A stretch of DNA of 64,000 nt from Octopus vulgaris (GCA_951406725.2 OX597819.1:61504001-61568000), one strand, 5' to 3'. Positions 11,201 to 25,345 are shown, counted from the stretch's first letter. A program made the numbers and translations. The notes: generated by a model not told the origin, from the letters alone.

Positions 11201-13559
11201 TATTATTTCCAAATATTACCGACAAAATATTAATTCTCTCTGTGGAGCGAGAAGCTCATTAAAATATATTGCTCTAAAGTCAAAATTTAATACTCATTCC
11301 ACTTGTCCCAGATCTCGTAGTTCACCAGTGAAACTTCCTTACACTTTTGCTCTCACTTCACCCAACCTCATTTGCAGTACTTATCTATTCGCTCTTACTG
11401 TTAGCATAACATACCCCGCGCGCGGTCGTTTGTGTGTGTGTGCTTGTGTATGAGTGCTGACCTCCTATCTCTTTCTCTCTTTAAACTATATAATATATAG
11501 TCATTAATCTGGCATCTATTTCAAGGATAGGAAATAATGTTTATGATATGTAATAAACGGTGTCTGCACTCCCAGTACGTATTTTTAATTGATAATGAAC
11601 AAATAGACAATTAGAAAATCGTTCTGATAGGGGAGAATTGGGGGAGACAAAGAAGATAAATGCAAAAAGACATATTTGAATTCGAGGTCGGGACAAAAGT
11701 AAATATGTCAGATAAATGGTGGTATTAACTTTTGTCTCTTTCATTCTTTCTTTTTGTCTTTCTCTCTGTCATTCAATAAGCTTTCGTCTAAGATGAGCTG
11801 ATAAACGATCTCGTTTAATGCAGTATACATCCGCTCCTGGATCTGGTGGTGAATCCCCCAGCACTTCCCTCTCTAGAGCTAACAAATTTTGTATACTCAA
11901 CACTTAAACACATGCAATGAAAGACGCACGCATGCACACACGTATAAATAAGCACACACACACACACACACACCAACAATCATACATGCATATAAAAAGA
12001 TTTACATATGCTGTATTTTGTGGTGGTGGTGGTGGTGGTGGTGGTGGTGGTGGTGGTGGTGGAGGTGGTGTTGGAGGATAAAGAAACAACATTGCTGTTG
12101 AAAAGAATTCCTACTCAGGAAGATCTTAAATAGTTTTGGTCTAACATCTGGAATGGAAAGAAGAATCTCAACCATAAAGCGTCATGGCTCAATACAATCA
12201 TGAATGAATTCTCACCCAACACCAGCAGTAACCACAGACACCATCGACTTCAAAATGTTTACTAAAGCTGTGGGAAAGCTGTATAATAGCATTGAGAAGA
12301 GACCTAATTGTTAGGCTATGGTACGAAGTATTAACATCTACAGAAGGCTTCTCACGTGTATGTTTTAAAATGTATGAAAGACCAAATTGACATAACAATC
12401 CGGCTTGCTTTGGTAAAATAAATCTTGTAGCCAAGAAAAATAACACTGGCAGGATGCTGTCGGTTCACTATTAGCCAAGTTTTACCCAAACCATTTAAGA
12501 CTTTTATTTCTTTTATAACTAGTATTTCCTCCAAGCTCATTGCGAGTCTAAAAAGACAGTGACTAATTATGCAGGCAAATAGGAAAATAGAGAGTGTAGG
12601 GGATTATGCCAAATAATTTCTAGTTAATAAGGCTGTGTTGTTGGAAATAAAAATATTGGAGAAACCTTGTCAGTGTATGGTTTCGTTGTTAAAAAGTGTT
12701 TTTCGTGGTAACAGGAGTAACAGCATCACGAAAAATACATGAAGATATTTGCAAATATGAAGAGAAACCTTTTCACATACGAAGTATCTAACATGTAGAA
12801 AGCATGGCACAAGATTTATCATTGTGTAACTCGAGGGAGCCTTGCTAATGTAGATATATGCAATGGCAATCGGTTTGTCTGTCAAACATCTGAGAGTGAA
12901 CCAAAGACCCAACATTCTTCATATCATCATATACTACACTGCATACACAAAATATGAAGTGGATTATGGTTTATGCATCACTGTACCGGTCTGAACATAA
13001 GTTTCAGAAACATATACCCAGCTTTCTTTTATATAATTGTTAGTGTTGTTTGTAGCAAAAGGGTACGAGGGGGGCGGATAGGATCGCCTGATAAGAACGT
13101 GACAATTACTGATCTCTAGAAACCACATGACCTTTTAGGAGCTGCATGACCATTTAGAAATGACAATGAACTTCTCTTAAAACATTTCTGCCATCTTGAA
13201 AAAAAGAATTGAAAATATGATATTGTAATATGTCTCTGGTTAACCAACGGTTGACAGCTTTTGTCTCGATGTTCAGAATAGTTTCTGAGTTCATTAGTCC
13301 GGAAGAAAAATTCCTGCTTAAAATAGATACAAATTGTTGAAATTTACTTTCTAACCCAGCAAATAAAGATTTCTCAGATTGGTTACAAGGTCAGACATTT
13401 TTTGAGAAAATACACGGCTGACTGAATTGACCTTAGTACATGAGACGTACTTATCTGATCGAACTCGGAGTGATAAAAGGAAATTTTGGCGAGATTTCAA
13501 TTTAGTAAGTAGAAAGAGGAACAGAATTAAGTACGATACACATTTGCTTCAGGCCCCTG

Positions 13560-14242
13560 TGAAGGTTCGTGGTTAAGTGGTTAGGATATTTGACTGGCAA
13601 CTGTAAGGTCGTGAGTTCGATGCCCGGCGCTGCATTGTATCCTTGACCAAGACACTTTATTCCACGTTGCCCTAATTCACTCAGCTGGCAAAAACGAGTA
13701 GTACCTGTATTTCAAAGGGCCAGCCTTTATCGTATTCTGTCACGCTGAATCTCCCTGAGAACTACGTTAAGGGTACGCGTGTCTGTGGAGTGCTCAGCCA
13801 CTTGCACATTAATTTCACAAGCAGGAGTGGCTGTGTGGTAAGTAGCTTGCTTACCAACCATATAGTTCCGGATAGTGTCGGGCCGATCAAAGTCTAGTGA
13901 GTGGATTTGGTAGACGGAAACTGAAAGAAGCCTGTCGGATATATGTGCGTGTTTGTGTGTGTATGTGTGCATGTTTGTGTGTCTGTGTTTGCCCTCCCCC
14001 AACCATCGCTTGACAACCGATGCTGGTGTGTTTACGTCCCGGTAACCTAGCGGTTCGGCAAAAGAGAATGATAGAATAAGTACGAGGCTTACAAAGAATA
14101 AGTCCTGGGGTCGATCATTTTGACTTAAGGCAGTGTTCCAGCATGGCCGCAGTCAAATGACTGAAACAAATAAAAGAGTAAAGAGGTTATTCAGTTGATT
14201 GAATCAACCGGAGGTCTGGTCGTTACGACAGAAAGCGTGCCA
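13560..14242 (+). mobile_element. SINE family C interrupted by a SINE A (13821-14185)
   Basis: The C body matches 26713-27002 and 57452-57762 up to aatttcacaagcagg and resumes after the A tail at ttattcagttgattgaatcaaccgg. Confidence 0.8.
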
Positions 14243-14289
14243 GTTATTCCAGGTCCCTGCCGTTTCTGCCAATCCAACACTTCCGTAAA

Positions 14290-14802
14290 TCTATATATAT
14301 AAAACTGTAGTTGTGTGAATGTCTGTCCCCTTCGATTTAGATTCCTAACTACTCCCACATTTTGCGGTGCAGTTTAACCAAATTCGGGTTTCTTATAGTT
14401 GTGATTCATATCGAGCCCGTCTGAGTATTAGCGCGCGTCTACGATGAGTTTACGATTTTAAAAATAATTTAACATCATTTTTTATTCCATTTTAATGCAT
14501 AATTTTTCGTGTGTCGATGGCGGCGGAGTTGGCGTCCATGGTCACACCTGCACCTGTTTGCTTCTCCCCCTTCTTCCCTCCCTCGTGAAGCTGTGGGGAA
14601 GGGAGTGTAAGGAAATCAACGTCGTAAAGCGTTGTCAAGGAGACCAGCGTTCTTTTAGAACAACGACTTCATGGCTTGAAGACACCAAAACAGAAATGGC
14701 TAAGAAAGCCCGAATTGGCATCTATAAGGGAAGTAACTCTCTAAAAATGCTTATATAGATATTTCCCTTACAAACCCGAGCAACGCCGGGCGATACTGCT
14801 AG
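14290..14802 (+). mobile_element. Non-autonomous Helitron
   Basis: Starts A|TC (tctatatatataaaa) and ends with hairpin cccgagcaacgccggg then CTAG|T; no TSD. A near-identical copy lies at 58976-59491. Confidence 0.9.
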
Positions 14803-15373
14803 TTATATAAAAATGATAACTTATTCTAACAAATAGAAAGAAAGAAAAAACTGTAGAAGAGAAGAGTGAGCGGCGTTTTCTATTTAAGAACGATATTGGA
14901 AACCGTTTATATACTTGCTTAGAAAACCGTTCAGTCGATGTTGTTGTTACTGTTGTATGGCTTCCAGCCCCGAGTCACTTCTGATCCATAAAATGTATGA
15001 CACCCTGCTAATTGGCCGAGCAACTGAACGCCACCCACGGAACTATGGTTCCAAATCTCATTATTTTAGAAATAATGTTGGAGTTGCTGTTGTTGTTTAA
15101 CATAAGATCTGCTCCGACCAAAGTCGTTCCAGCTAAGATCATCCGTCGTATATTTTTACTTTATGGCTCAGACCTAAAACATCCAGTGTACACTTCGTTT
15201 TCTAAAAAGTAGAGGGCATTAGGTTGCTATTTCTAGTAGATCGAGCAGGCCTAATTGCTTGCTCCTGTTACAAACATTTGTATATTGTAGTGATGGTTGC
15301 GCTACATGCGGGCAAGTTCACACAGTGAAAGTCAGAGTGCATGAGTTACTATTCATGCGAGGACAAATGATAT

Positions 15374-15456
<83 letters not shown>

Positions 15457-16172
15457 TACATACATACATACATACATACATACATAAAACGTGCATACAC
15501 ACGCACACATACAAACATACGCACACATATCACCATATCATATATAATTATATAATTATATTAATATATATTAATCATGCGAAATAGGTCAGCGATCAAA
15601 CAACTGGGTGTAAATAGAGTGATTCAACACTCTGCATATACCTTCCTGCATACTCCGACACGGTGTATGCTGTATAGCGGTCTGTGCATTTAGTTTTAAC
15701 ATTGTCGACTCCGTTTTCTCTTACATAATTTCAGGATTTAGTGTCAGCATAACATCGAATAAATGTGCTCTACTATTATTTTGTGAAGGGGCATGACGTC
15801 GCAGTTCTCGAACTGGGTGGAATGTTGCGTTCATGAGCAAAACACTTTATTTCGCATTTCCCCAGTCCACTCTGCTGTGGATGAGTAACCCTACAACGGA
15901 CATGTGTCCCGTTCTGGCGGAATGTTGAGGCCTCGACCAGCAGTAGGAGCAGAAGAAGACAATTTTTTGGCTTTCAGGCGTGTTGTATTGAAAATGCAAC
16001 TATGTTCTAATTTAATATACTGGCTTTGTGGTAAGGAGCTTGCTTCCAAACCACATGGTTAAGGGTTCAGTCCCATTGCGAGGCATTTTTCGCAAGTGAC
16101 TTCTACTATATCCTCGGGCCGACCAGAGCCTTGTGGGTGAATTTGGTACACGGATACTGAAAGAAGCCCGTC

Positions 16173-16214
<42 letters not shown>

Positions 16215-16402
16215 GAAAAAACACTATTATGTAATTCAAACAATGATAGACAGAAACCAAATCATAAAGAAAAAATATAATATATTATAAAACATATAAC
16301 TAGATCACAAAAAGTACAAAAGAATATTATATATTTATATTGTGAAATTTGATTTAATACTAAATCTGAAATTTGATTTAATACTATATATATATATTTA
16401 TA

Positions 16403-17279
16403 GGTAAGTTCCAGGCCCTGCGCTACTGGCACACAAAGGTAAATGACGTGAAGACTGGATACACTGGCCCAGGAAGAATTGCAATCCCTGAGTCAAAATC
16501 AGTGCGTGACCTGGGCATTGACATGAGCAATGATGCATCTTTCCAAATGCATATTGCTAATCTGGTGATAAAATGCAGACGGCTAGCTGGATGGATTCTC
16601 CGAACTTTCAGAACAAGAGAGAAGGAGACACTGATGGTCCTATGGAAAACATTTGTCCTCAGCCGCTTGGACTACTGCTCCCAACTTTGGTCACCACACA
16701 ATATAAAACAAACAGCAGAACTCGAAGCAACTCAGAGAAGCTACACAAAGAAAATCGTCTCAATGCAAAATGTCAGCTACTGGGAAAGACTGAAGGTATT
16801 AAACCTCTTCTCCCTGGAGCGGAGGCGGGAGAGAGATATGCAGTGATATACATCTGGAAAATCCTGGAGGGTCTTGTCCCAAACTTTGGCATTCAAAGTT
16901 ACTCCAACCGCAGAACGGGGCGCCGCTGCGTGGTGCCAAGGATTCCAACATCACCATCAAAATACAGGTCCAGATACTGCAACAGCTTGGGTTTCAGAGG
17001 ACCACAGCTCTTTAACATCCTCCCTAAATGCCTGAGAGACTTACATGGTGTGGATGTGGGTTTCTTTAAAACTAAACTGGATCTCTTCTTGTTGGGAGTC
17101 CCAGATGAACCTACCTCACGACAGGAGACACGGATGCGGGCAGCAGCATCGAACTCCCTTGTTGATCAAGTGCCACGTATCAGAGGTGGATTCACAAACT
17201 AGTGTAGCTCATTCAGCGGTGGTGCCCCAGCATGGCCGCGGCCTTCGGGCTAAAACATTTTTAAGGATTTAAGGATTTA
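16403..17279 (+). mobile_element. 5'-truncated CR1/L2-group LINE (ORF2 C-terminus + 3' UTR)
   Basis: Translates VRDLGIDMSNDASFQMHI...LSRLDYCSQLWSP...YWERLKVLNLFSLERRRER/YAVIYIWKILEGLVPN with one frameshift in a GA run at about 16830. Stop at 17200-17202, then a (tttaagga)n tail. Confidence 0.9.
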
Positions 17280-17600
17280 TATATATACATAAGTATAGTG
17301 GACAGAACTTCAAATCAGGTAGACTACGATTAACACATACGTATACGGGTTTAGTTAAGATAACATAAGGATTGTCTCAAGTGAAACATATATTGATATA
17401 TTAAATAGAAACATAGAAATATATGAATACTAAAAATATACATGAACATATAGATATATAGATATGTAAACATACTAAGAATAGAATATAGATAACAATA
17501 ATAGCGGATTATAGATACAAAACGTTTTTAAAAAATTTTAAATGGTAAAGTAATAGGTATTAAAAAGAGTTTTGGGTTTCATTTTAGATGAAGTAGAGTG

Positions 17601-17675
17601 TTCCGACGGTCGTTTCTGGGGCTCATTCGTCCGTCTTGAGATTCATTTCCAGAGAATGACCCCTTAATTAGGGAA
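17601..17675 (-). ncRNA. Degenerate minimal hammerhead ribozyme motif
   Basis: Minus strand: ttcc-CTAATTA(mutated CTGATGA)-a ggggtcattc...gaatgagcccc a-GAAA-cgacc-GTC-ggaa. Stems I and II pair but the core is mutated. Confidence 0.45.
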
Positions 17676-17712
17676 AAAGAAAAATGTTTATTCTAGATAT
17701 TCGTTCAGTTCT

Positions 17713-17769
<57 letters not shown>

Positions 17770-18431
17770 TGTTTGTGTTTGTGTTTGTCTTACCACCGTC
17801 GCCTGACATCCGGTGCTAGTATGTTTACGTACTCGTAACTTATCGGTTCGGCAAAGACACCGATAGAATAAGTACCAGACGTTTAAAAGATAAGTACTGG
17901 GGTCGATACGTTCGACTAAAAATTCTTGAAGGCGGTGCCCCAGCATGGCCGCAGTCTGATGACTGAAGCAAGTAAACTATAAAAGCTATACTCAATTAAG
18001 ATATGCTTGAGGTATATGCCAACCCATAAAACGCCATTGACTATCTTCTGTTATGGAGAAAATTTCTCGTTGCAGACAAATCAATTAGCAGCGTCGCCTG
18101 ACCAGACTGTGGGATGCATGAATTTCGGAGTGGTTATCTCCTCCTCGGTCAGAAAATCGGACAAGGCGGCGCTGCGAGTTATCACCCCAAGTATATATAT
18201 ATATATATATATATCTTTAAATATGTATATATGTATGTATGTATATATATGTGTGTGTGTTTCTATAAATGCTTTAAATGAGGAGTAGATGGAGAGCTGA
18301 CAACTGATAAAGGGTCGTTCTTTATGTTATTTGTCTGGTTTTTCATTTATTTCACTCGTTGTCTGCATATCTAAGTTTATCTTTTTCGTATTTCATGTTG
18401 TTTACGTTTAGTGATGTCCTGTACCCAGATA

Positions 18432-18479
<48 letters not shown>

Positions 18480-18517
18480 ATCGAAAATAACTATGACTTA
18501 ATTCTTCCTCTCACATC

Positions 18518-18572
18518 GTCTCCGATGAAGGGATATTATTATTAATTAATATTCTAGAAACAGCTGTAAGAC
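18518..18572 (+). ncRNA. Minimal type-I hammerhead ribozyme motif (U4C variant)
   Basis: gtct-CCGATGA-a gggatatta..taatattct a-GAAA-cagctg-TA-agac. Stem I is gtct/agac, stem II pairs, stem III is the palindrome acagctgt, and the cleavage triplet is GUA. Confidence 0.65.
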
Positions 18573-18652
18573 CATCTATCTATAAATGTTCTATACAGCC
18601 TTGGTTTTTTATCTTATTACGCAAAAAATTCTTATATGTACACACATACATA

Positions 18653-18770
<118 letters not shown>

Positions 18771-18779
18771 TAAATTATA

Positions 18780-18867
18780 GGTACGGCCCCTTCAGCATGT
18801 GTCTTCTACAATAAGCCTCAGAACGACCATAGCCTTGTATGTGGATTTGGTGGACAGAAACTCAGAG

Positions 18868-18906
<39 letters not shown>

Positions 18907-19140
18907 ACACATACAGTCGTTTGTGTGTGTGTGAACCTTCACATTTGTATTTGTCCCCACCACTGCTTGACAACTGATGTCGACTTGTTTGCTTTCTCGT
19001 AACGCAGCGTGCTGTTCACCAAAACAGAACGGAAGAATATGTACCAACCTTAAAAATAAGTGCTGGGGTTGATTTATTCGACTAATGGCATCAAGGCGGT
19101 GCCCCAGCATGACCGCCGTCCATTGACTGAAAGAAGTAAA
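18780..19140 (+). mobile_element. SINE A, 5'-truncated
   Basis: gtggatttggtggacagaaact...ggcggtgccccagcatgaccgccgtccattgactgaaa. Confidence 0.75.
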
Positions 19141-19144
19141 AAAT

Positions 19145-19182
<38 letters not shown>

Positions 19183-19183
<1 letters not shown>

Positions 19184-19470
19184 CACGTTATCAGTATCGT
19201 CCAGACTGTCGGATGTAGTTATACATCACTGGTCACTGGTCACAATGCGTTTTGTACTGTTTTAGTTTACCAATGATGCCACCCCGCAGGATAGGCGAGT
19301 AGGCCATCATTCTCTCTCGTTGGAAGGCTATTCCGTTTCAGAGTTATCCATCTACAGTTAAGTGGACAAGAGCAACACGAAATGAAGCATTTTGCTCAAG
19401 AACACAACCGCCACCAGGTGCAGGTATCGAACCCACGATCTAGCGATCGTATGAGGAATACCTTAACTAA
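19183..19470 (-). mobile_element. SINE D
   Basis: ggtcacaatgcg...gccaccccgc...gctcaagaacacaac...atcgaacccacgatc. Confidence 0.65.
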
Positions 19471-20026
19471 CAGATTAAATTAGAGCATAATCTTCCCTGT
19501 GCCACTACCGCTGATTGATGATTTTCCCCTGCTACTGCTATATTCCTTTAACCTTATATTTCTTGTAAGGCATGCTTTCTCGAGACAAACATCGCTCTTT
19601 AGCAGGCCTTCAACAGTATATGCTTTATGTATGGTATACAGATTGCTTTTATAAAATTACTCGATAAAACAGCAAAAGAAAAAAAAAAAAACAACACGAA
19701 AGAATATACAACAGAATTCTGGAAGATATTGATCGGAATAAAGAAATTAACTGCAGATCTGATAGCGTAGAACAGAAATTCTTCAACGGTCCAGTTCTGT
19801 CTAGAAAATATGCATAAATGTGAATGTACCCAATATTTGAAGGGTAGAAGAAAAGCCCCCTGCATCCTGGAGATAGTACAAAGGAAATCTGGGAACGTTG
19901 TTAAAAATATTGGGAACTTTATAGGGTCTCATACGTAGTTGCGCGAAAATGTTATTTAAAAGGATTAAACTGGAACATACTCGTGCTTTTCAAAACGTAT
20001 TTAAAAGAACTCTCTCTCTCTCACTT

Positions 20027-20212
<186 letters not shown>

Positions 20213-23200
20213 TTACGTGTGTGTGTGTAAAGATCATACAAATTATGATTATTCTCGTTCTGAGATTCAGGTTATTTTACTTGCCACCGCCGCAGATATG
20301 CTTATAAAGCTAGAAATTCCACCTAAATATTAGGAAAGCCGTATGCTCTGCTGTAACATGATGTCTGTAGTCTTTGCAACACAACTGCAGTCAAATAAGA
20401 ATCTTTAGCCTCAAGTTTTCTGGCACCCTTCCAGCTTTATACTATTTTATTTGGCATCATTTATTTATTCAAGAGAAACACAGCAAGTCGTTGCCTCATT
20501 TTACTCTCATGAAGCCATCTAAATTATTTTCATGGTAAAACCTATAACCTATCGTATGTTGTTACATGGTCATCTAAAATAGACATACAAGTCATCTGAA
20601 AATATTAGTAACGGTAAAGTGATCGTTTGGTTAAGGTTAAGGTAAGCTACTCCTTTTTCGAAACTCAAGGATACATAAAGACAATGATTATCTCACGTTT
20701 CTGTAGCGCAAAGGAATGAGATATAAAAATTCTTTCCAGTTTATTGCTGGTAGTTTTTATTTTTATTTTTACCGAGGCAGAACTGGACTTACCATTGCTT
20801 CGTTTTGCCAATATGACATTTATAAAAGGTTATTAGAGGAAGACAAGCGTCCTGTTTGTGGAGTTATTTATCTCGTGTTTGTTTAATGCCGCGAAATTAT
20901 AATTTAAACATCAGCCTTTTGATAACTGCGATTCGAGATAGTGATTTTTTCCCCACCATTTCTTAGTAAATGCTTACTACTGATGAAGCTCAAAGAGGCA
21001 GAAATACATATTTAACAATGCCATCACCGCTGTTGAACGATTATCGCCTCCTACTTGTATATTTCTGTATTTCTTTGCACTATATGTTTGTGGGCAATGA
21101 CACATTATAAGGTAGCCCAGATGGCTAAGGTTTCTAAACTACGTTGCTGTACTTTATACCATCACTTATCTCAAGGTGTGTCGCAAAATTAAGTTAAATC
21201 TTTTGATTTTTTTTTTACAAATTCTTCCACTGTCTTCTACTACATACTTTAGTGAAGTTACATCTTCGATTACAACAAACTTAAAGACACTGAAATGCTG
21301 AAACCTAAAAATCGTTGATAGCGAAATTAAGGAATCATCGAATATTTTATGAAATGTTTAAGAATTGTATTCTTTACCCCAAACTCGTGTATCCCATTGA
21401 ATTATTTCTCTTTCTTTTTATATACATTTTTACAATTATCTTTTTGGCTCTGCTCATAAAACATAATTATTGTGTCATAAGAATTTATATTCTTAACAAA
21501 GGTGTGTTGCCAAAGTGAAAAGTTTGGAAAGCTCTGCTAAAAGTCATATTATGCCATGTCATGATAGGTTAAGCAGAACCCCAAAATTGGCATCTGGCAC
21601 CGTTCAATGCGAGATATTGTTGTGTAGAAATTTGTTGTTTTGAGATATTTCCAAAATATGTTAAGCCAAAAAATGACTTCCATTCACTAGTCTTTTAATA
21701 CAAGATCGATTACTTCTTTGGGGTGTGAAAATGAATGGGAAATGTCCAACATTATCATTGCCGGTGTGAAATACCAATTATATAGCCATTGACTGTTGAA
21801 TTACACATTTGGCTACGAGCTACCAAATTATACCTACTTATCAGATGTGAAATATTACATTTAAGGAAGCTGCTATTGTTGTTTGCTCCTAAGTCATCTC
21901 CGATTGAGTAAACATAATCAATGGCATTCCGGTCGTAACCATCCATCCTTAACAGTATATAGTACAACAGTTACACTGCTGATTTTTCGATATCTTGGTT
22001 TCCAAAGCCTTGCCGATTTGAACGTTTTGCTGGACGATCTGTAGTGACGTAATAATAATTCACCAACACAACTTTAACCTACCAACAATACACCTCTCAT
22101 GCCATAAATGTCACACAGCTGTGCGCCGAAACACGCAGTTGACTCTTTCCTTACGGTTCTATTTTATATTGGATCTGTGCTTTGGTGTTTACATTTCATA
22201 CTCTCAGTTCTCTTACCTGTTGTAACCAATAAGAAGTGCAGTGTAAACAATGCCGCTAGATATGTTATACGCACAACGCCACCTGTGGTCACCTGGTGAA
22301 CTAGACTATCGGCCCTGGAAATTTGAAGGTGTCCTTCGTAGTTTATCCGGATTGAAGGAGGTACCTTACAATCAGTTGCCGGAAAGTCGTTGATGTAACT
22401 GTATATTATCCAATGTCCTTTCTTTATTTAAGGTAGAAGAATAAGAACTGAAGGAGGCGCGATCTGCGTAGAAGGATGAGAAATGAGGCTGCAATTCTAG
22501 GTCCTAACTGGTTTGTATTTAGGACCTAAGATAGTACCACTGTTATCTTTCTAGGTCCTGTGTTCAAATTCCGCTAGGTCTGACATCGTCTTTTTAATTC
22601 TCCTGAATCAATAAAAAATATAAAAGATAACAGTAATACAACTATTGAAAAAATAGAAGGTAAAATCGACCTTGGCAGTACTTGAGCTCAGGACGTAAAG
22701 AGACGGAGGGGATACCGCTTAGCATTTCGTCCGAAGTGCTAACAATTCTGCCAGCTTGTCGCTTTAGTAAATAAAAATACAATGCTACATCGACATTATA
22801 TTACAAATCAGTTCCTTTCCTACAAGATATGGGTATGTTCCTAGAAAACATCAGAACAGTATGGTGGCTAAAAGAAGTACATTAGTTGGGCGTGAATTTG
22901 GACGTGGTGTATTTGACTGGAGAGGGGTGGGGGTGTTCGCATTTGCATGAGTTGATCGTTTATGTGAAGGTTTAGCTAGTTTATTTTCTTTAACACAATA
23001 ATTCAGTTTTGAATCACTTTAGACGAGACGGGAATTGTGCACTTTAGTTTGGCTCCTCCAATATTCCATGGAATAAGGAAATATTTTTGATGAATAAGAG
23101 GTATTAATTATCTTAAAAGGTACAACGGACGGATTAAGTGAAATAACTCAATCAGGGGCTCGAAACCGCATAACAAGCATGTCTTTCCTCGAGCTTACCA

Positions 23201-24084
23201 GCCACCCTTTAACGCAATACTGAGTTTAATGTCCACTGATGTAGGCTTTGTATTCAGTCTACTGAAGATGATTTGATAATTGTCAGGAAATCAATAATAT
23301 CACTTATGGTATCTGACGAAACTGGTTTCGTTTTAATGTGATTTCAATATTGTAGTTTACAGTGCTGGAAATTCTTTGCAAATTGAGACGCGATACGTCT
23401 CACTCTCAATGCTTGCTTCATATCGCGAGGCAGAAAATTCGCGTCGACTGTCTTGTGGTCATTCACCCCAGCTATCTTGCCTTCTGATTTCAAACCACCC
23501 CGAGCTCAATTTCATTCTTTCGATGTCAACAAAAATAAAGCATTCGTCCAGTACTAAAGTCGAATTTTCTCTGAGAGTGTTGTTCAAATGATTTCAAATT
23601 TTGGCTCAGGGCCAGTAATTTTGAGGAAGTGTAAGTAGAGTACATCGGCCCCGCGGCTCAAATGGTACTTATTTTATCGACCCCGGAAGGATTAAAGGCA
23701 GAGTCGACCTCAGCGGAATTTGTTTCTCCCAGCGTTCACTATTTTCTTTTCGTTCTGGTCTAACGACCCTCCGTTTGCGTTCGGTTTCCTTGTATGTTTC
23801 CACTGTCATTTTTTTTTGTTCTCAACTTTGAACCTTCATAAATCTAAAATTTTATTTTAGAATTTATGGGAACAACTGTTCTTGAAGACTCATATTGTCG
23901 CTGAATGCTCGAAATGAGGAGTAAATACACAACCGACAACGGATGAAGGGTCCTTTCTCTGTGTTAACTTGTCCTGTTTTCTATTTTTCTTCTCGTTGTT
24001 TACGCCTTTCACTCGTTTTTCCATCGTTTCTTTACGTATTTCATGTTATTTGCACCATTGGTGACGTCCTGTAGCCGTATATGC

Positions 24085-24130
<46 letters not shown>

Positions 24131-24287
24131 GTCCGACGAACGGGAACAGTTTTTTTTGTGATGTTTTTGCAGCTTCAATAAAAAAGCATACTACTCTACC
24201 TTCGATATTTGAGTATTATCTTTTCCACCTTGTTTTGTATTTATGTGCTTACTCGTATATACATTCATACATACATACATTCATACA

Positions 24288-24319
<32 letters not shown>

Positions 24320-24794
24320 CGTATGTATGTATGTATGTATGTATGTATGTATGTATGTTTGCTTGTATGCATACACACCACGCACACACAATACACAGTT
24401 CTATCAAAATATTTCTTATGGCGTTTTCTCTTTCCGCTTCAGTGCGATAAATATAGCCGTATTCCAAATGTCTGTCTCCATTTTCTCGTTGACTAAGTAT
24501 AATCAATCGCATTGATCATTGGCCAACAATGTCTATTGAAATGCAGGAAGCAGGAAATACTTGAGATGTTGTGGTGTTCATGCTTGTTTCAGGGATGTTA
24601 GAAGTAAGTGTGATGTGAAATGGATCTAACCACAGATGATATATAGATCATGGAGTTTAAACCAAGGATATTATTGGTACTTATTTCATATGTGTTTAAT
24701 ATTACACTGGAATGAAGTAACCACGTGAAACGTTCATATTGCATTACAGAAATGAGGGATGTTGGTAGTGGGGTTGGTGAGTAAAGAAGATACA

Positions 24795-24998
24795 TTGGAG
24801 AGAAAGAGAGAGTGAGAAAGAGAGAGAGTGAGTGAGAGAGAATGAGAGAAAGGGAGGGAGGGAGAGAGAGAAAGGGAAAGAGAAAGAGAGAGGATGGAGA
24901 TTAGAAGATGCATTAAAAGATACGATCAGACAGGGAATGAAATAAAATATTATCTGTGAGTATGTGTGTATATGTGTGTGTGTATGTGTTAGTGCGTG

Positions 24999-25062
<64 letters not shown>

Positions 25063-25345
25063 CAGACAAATAGAGAGAGACATAGACAAATAGGGAGCGA
25101 CAGAGAGAGAAAGACAAACAGACAGAAGCGGAGATAGAAACAGGGGAAAAGAAATGGAGAGAGGAAGAGAAAGGGAGAGAGAGAGAGCGAGACAGACAGA
25201 CAGAAACAGGGAGAAAAAGACAGAGAGAGACAGACATAGACAGACAGACAGAGAGAAACTGACAAGGAGAGAGATAGAGAGAGGGAGAGAAAGAGAAAGA
25301 GAGAGAGGGAGAGAAAGAGAAAGAGAGAGAGAGAGACCGTAGATA
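24795..25345. repeat. Degenerate (GA)n/(GACA)n low-complexity tract
   Basis: Directly visible. Confidence 0.9.

Larger units (their letters stand above)
16018..17985 (+). mobile_element. SINE A (head 16018-16175, tail 17765-17985) hosting nested insertions
   Basis: Head and tail are collinear and separated by an AT-rich element that itself contains the LINE. Confidence 0.7.

Noticed and set aside
14495-14758. Duplicated ORF ...MAKKARIGIYKGSNSLKMLI (also 59181-59447)
   Set aside because: It lies inside the non-autonomous Helitron and the N-termini differ by frameshift between copies; no evidence of a protein.
21550-22080. Possible decayed transposase or other coding relic (also 12560-13000)
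   Set aside because: Only vague motif resemblance with multiple stops; cannot be supported without a search.
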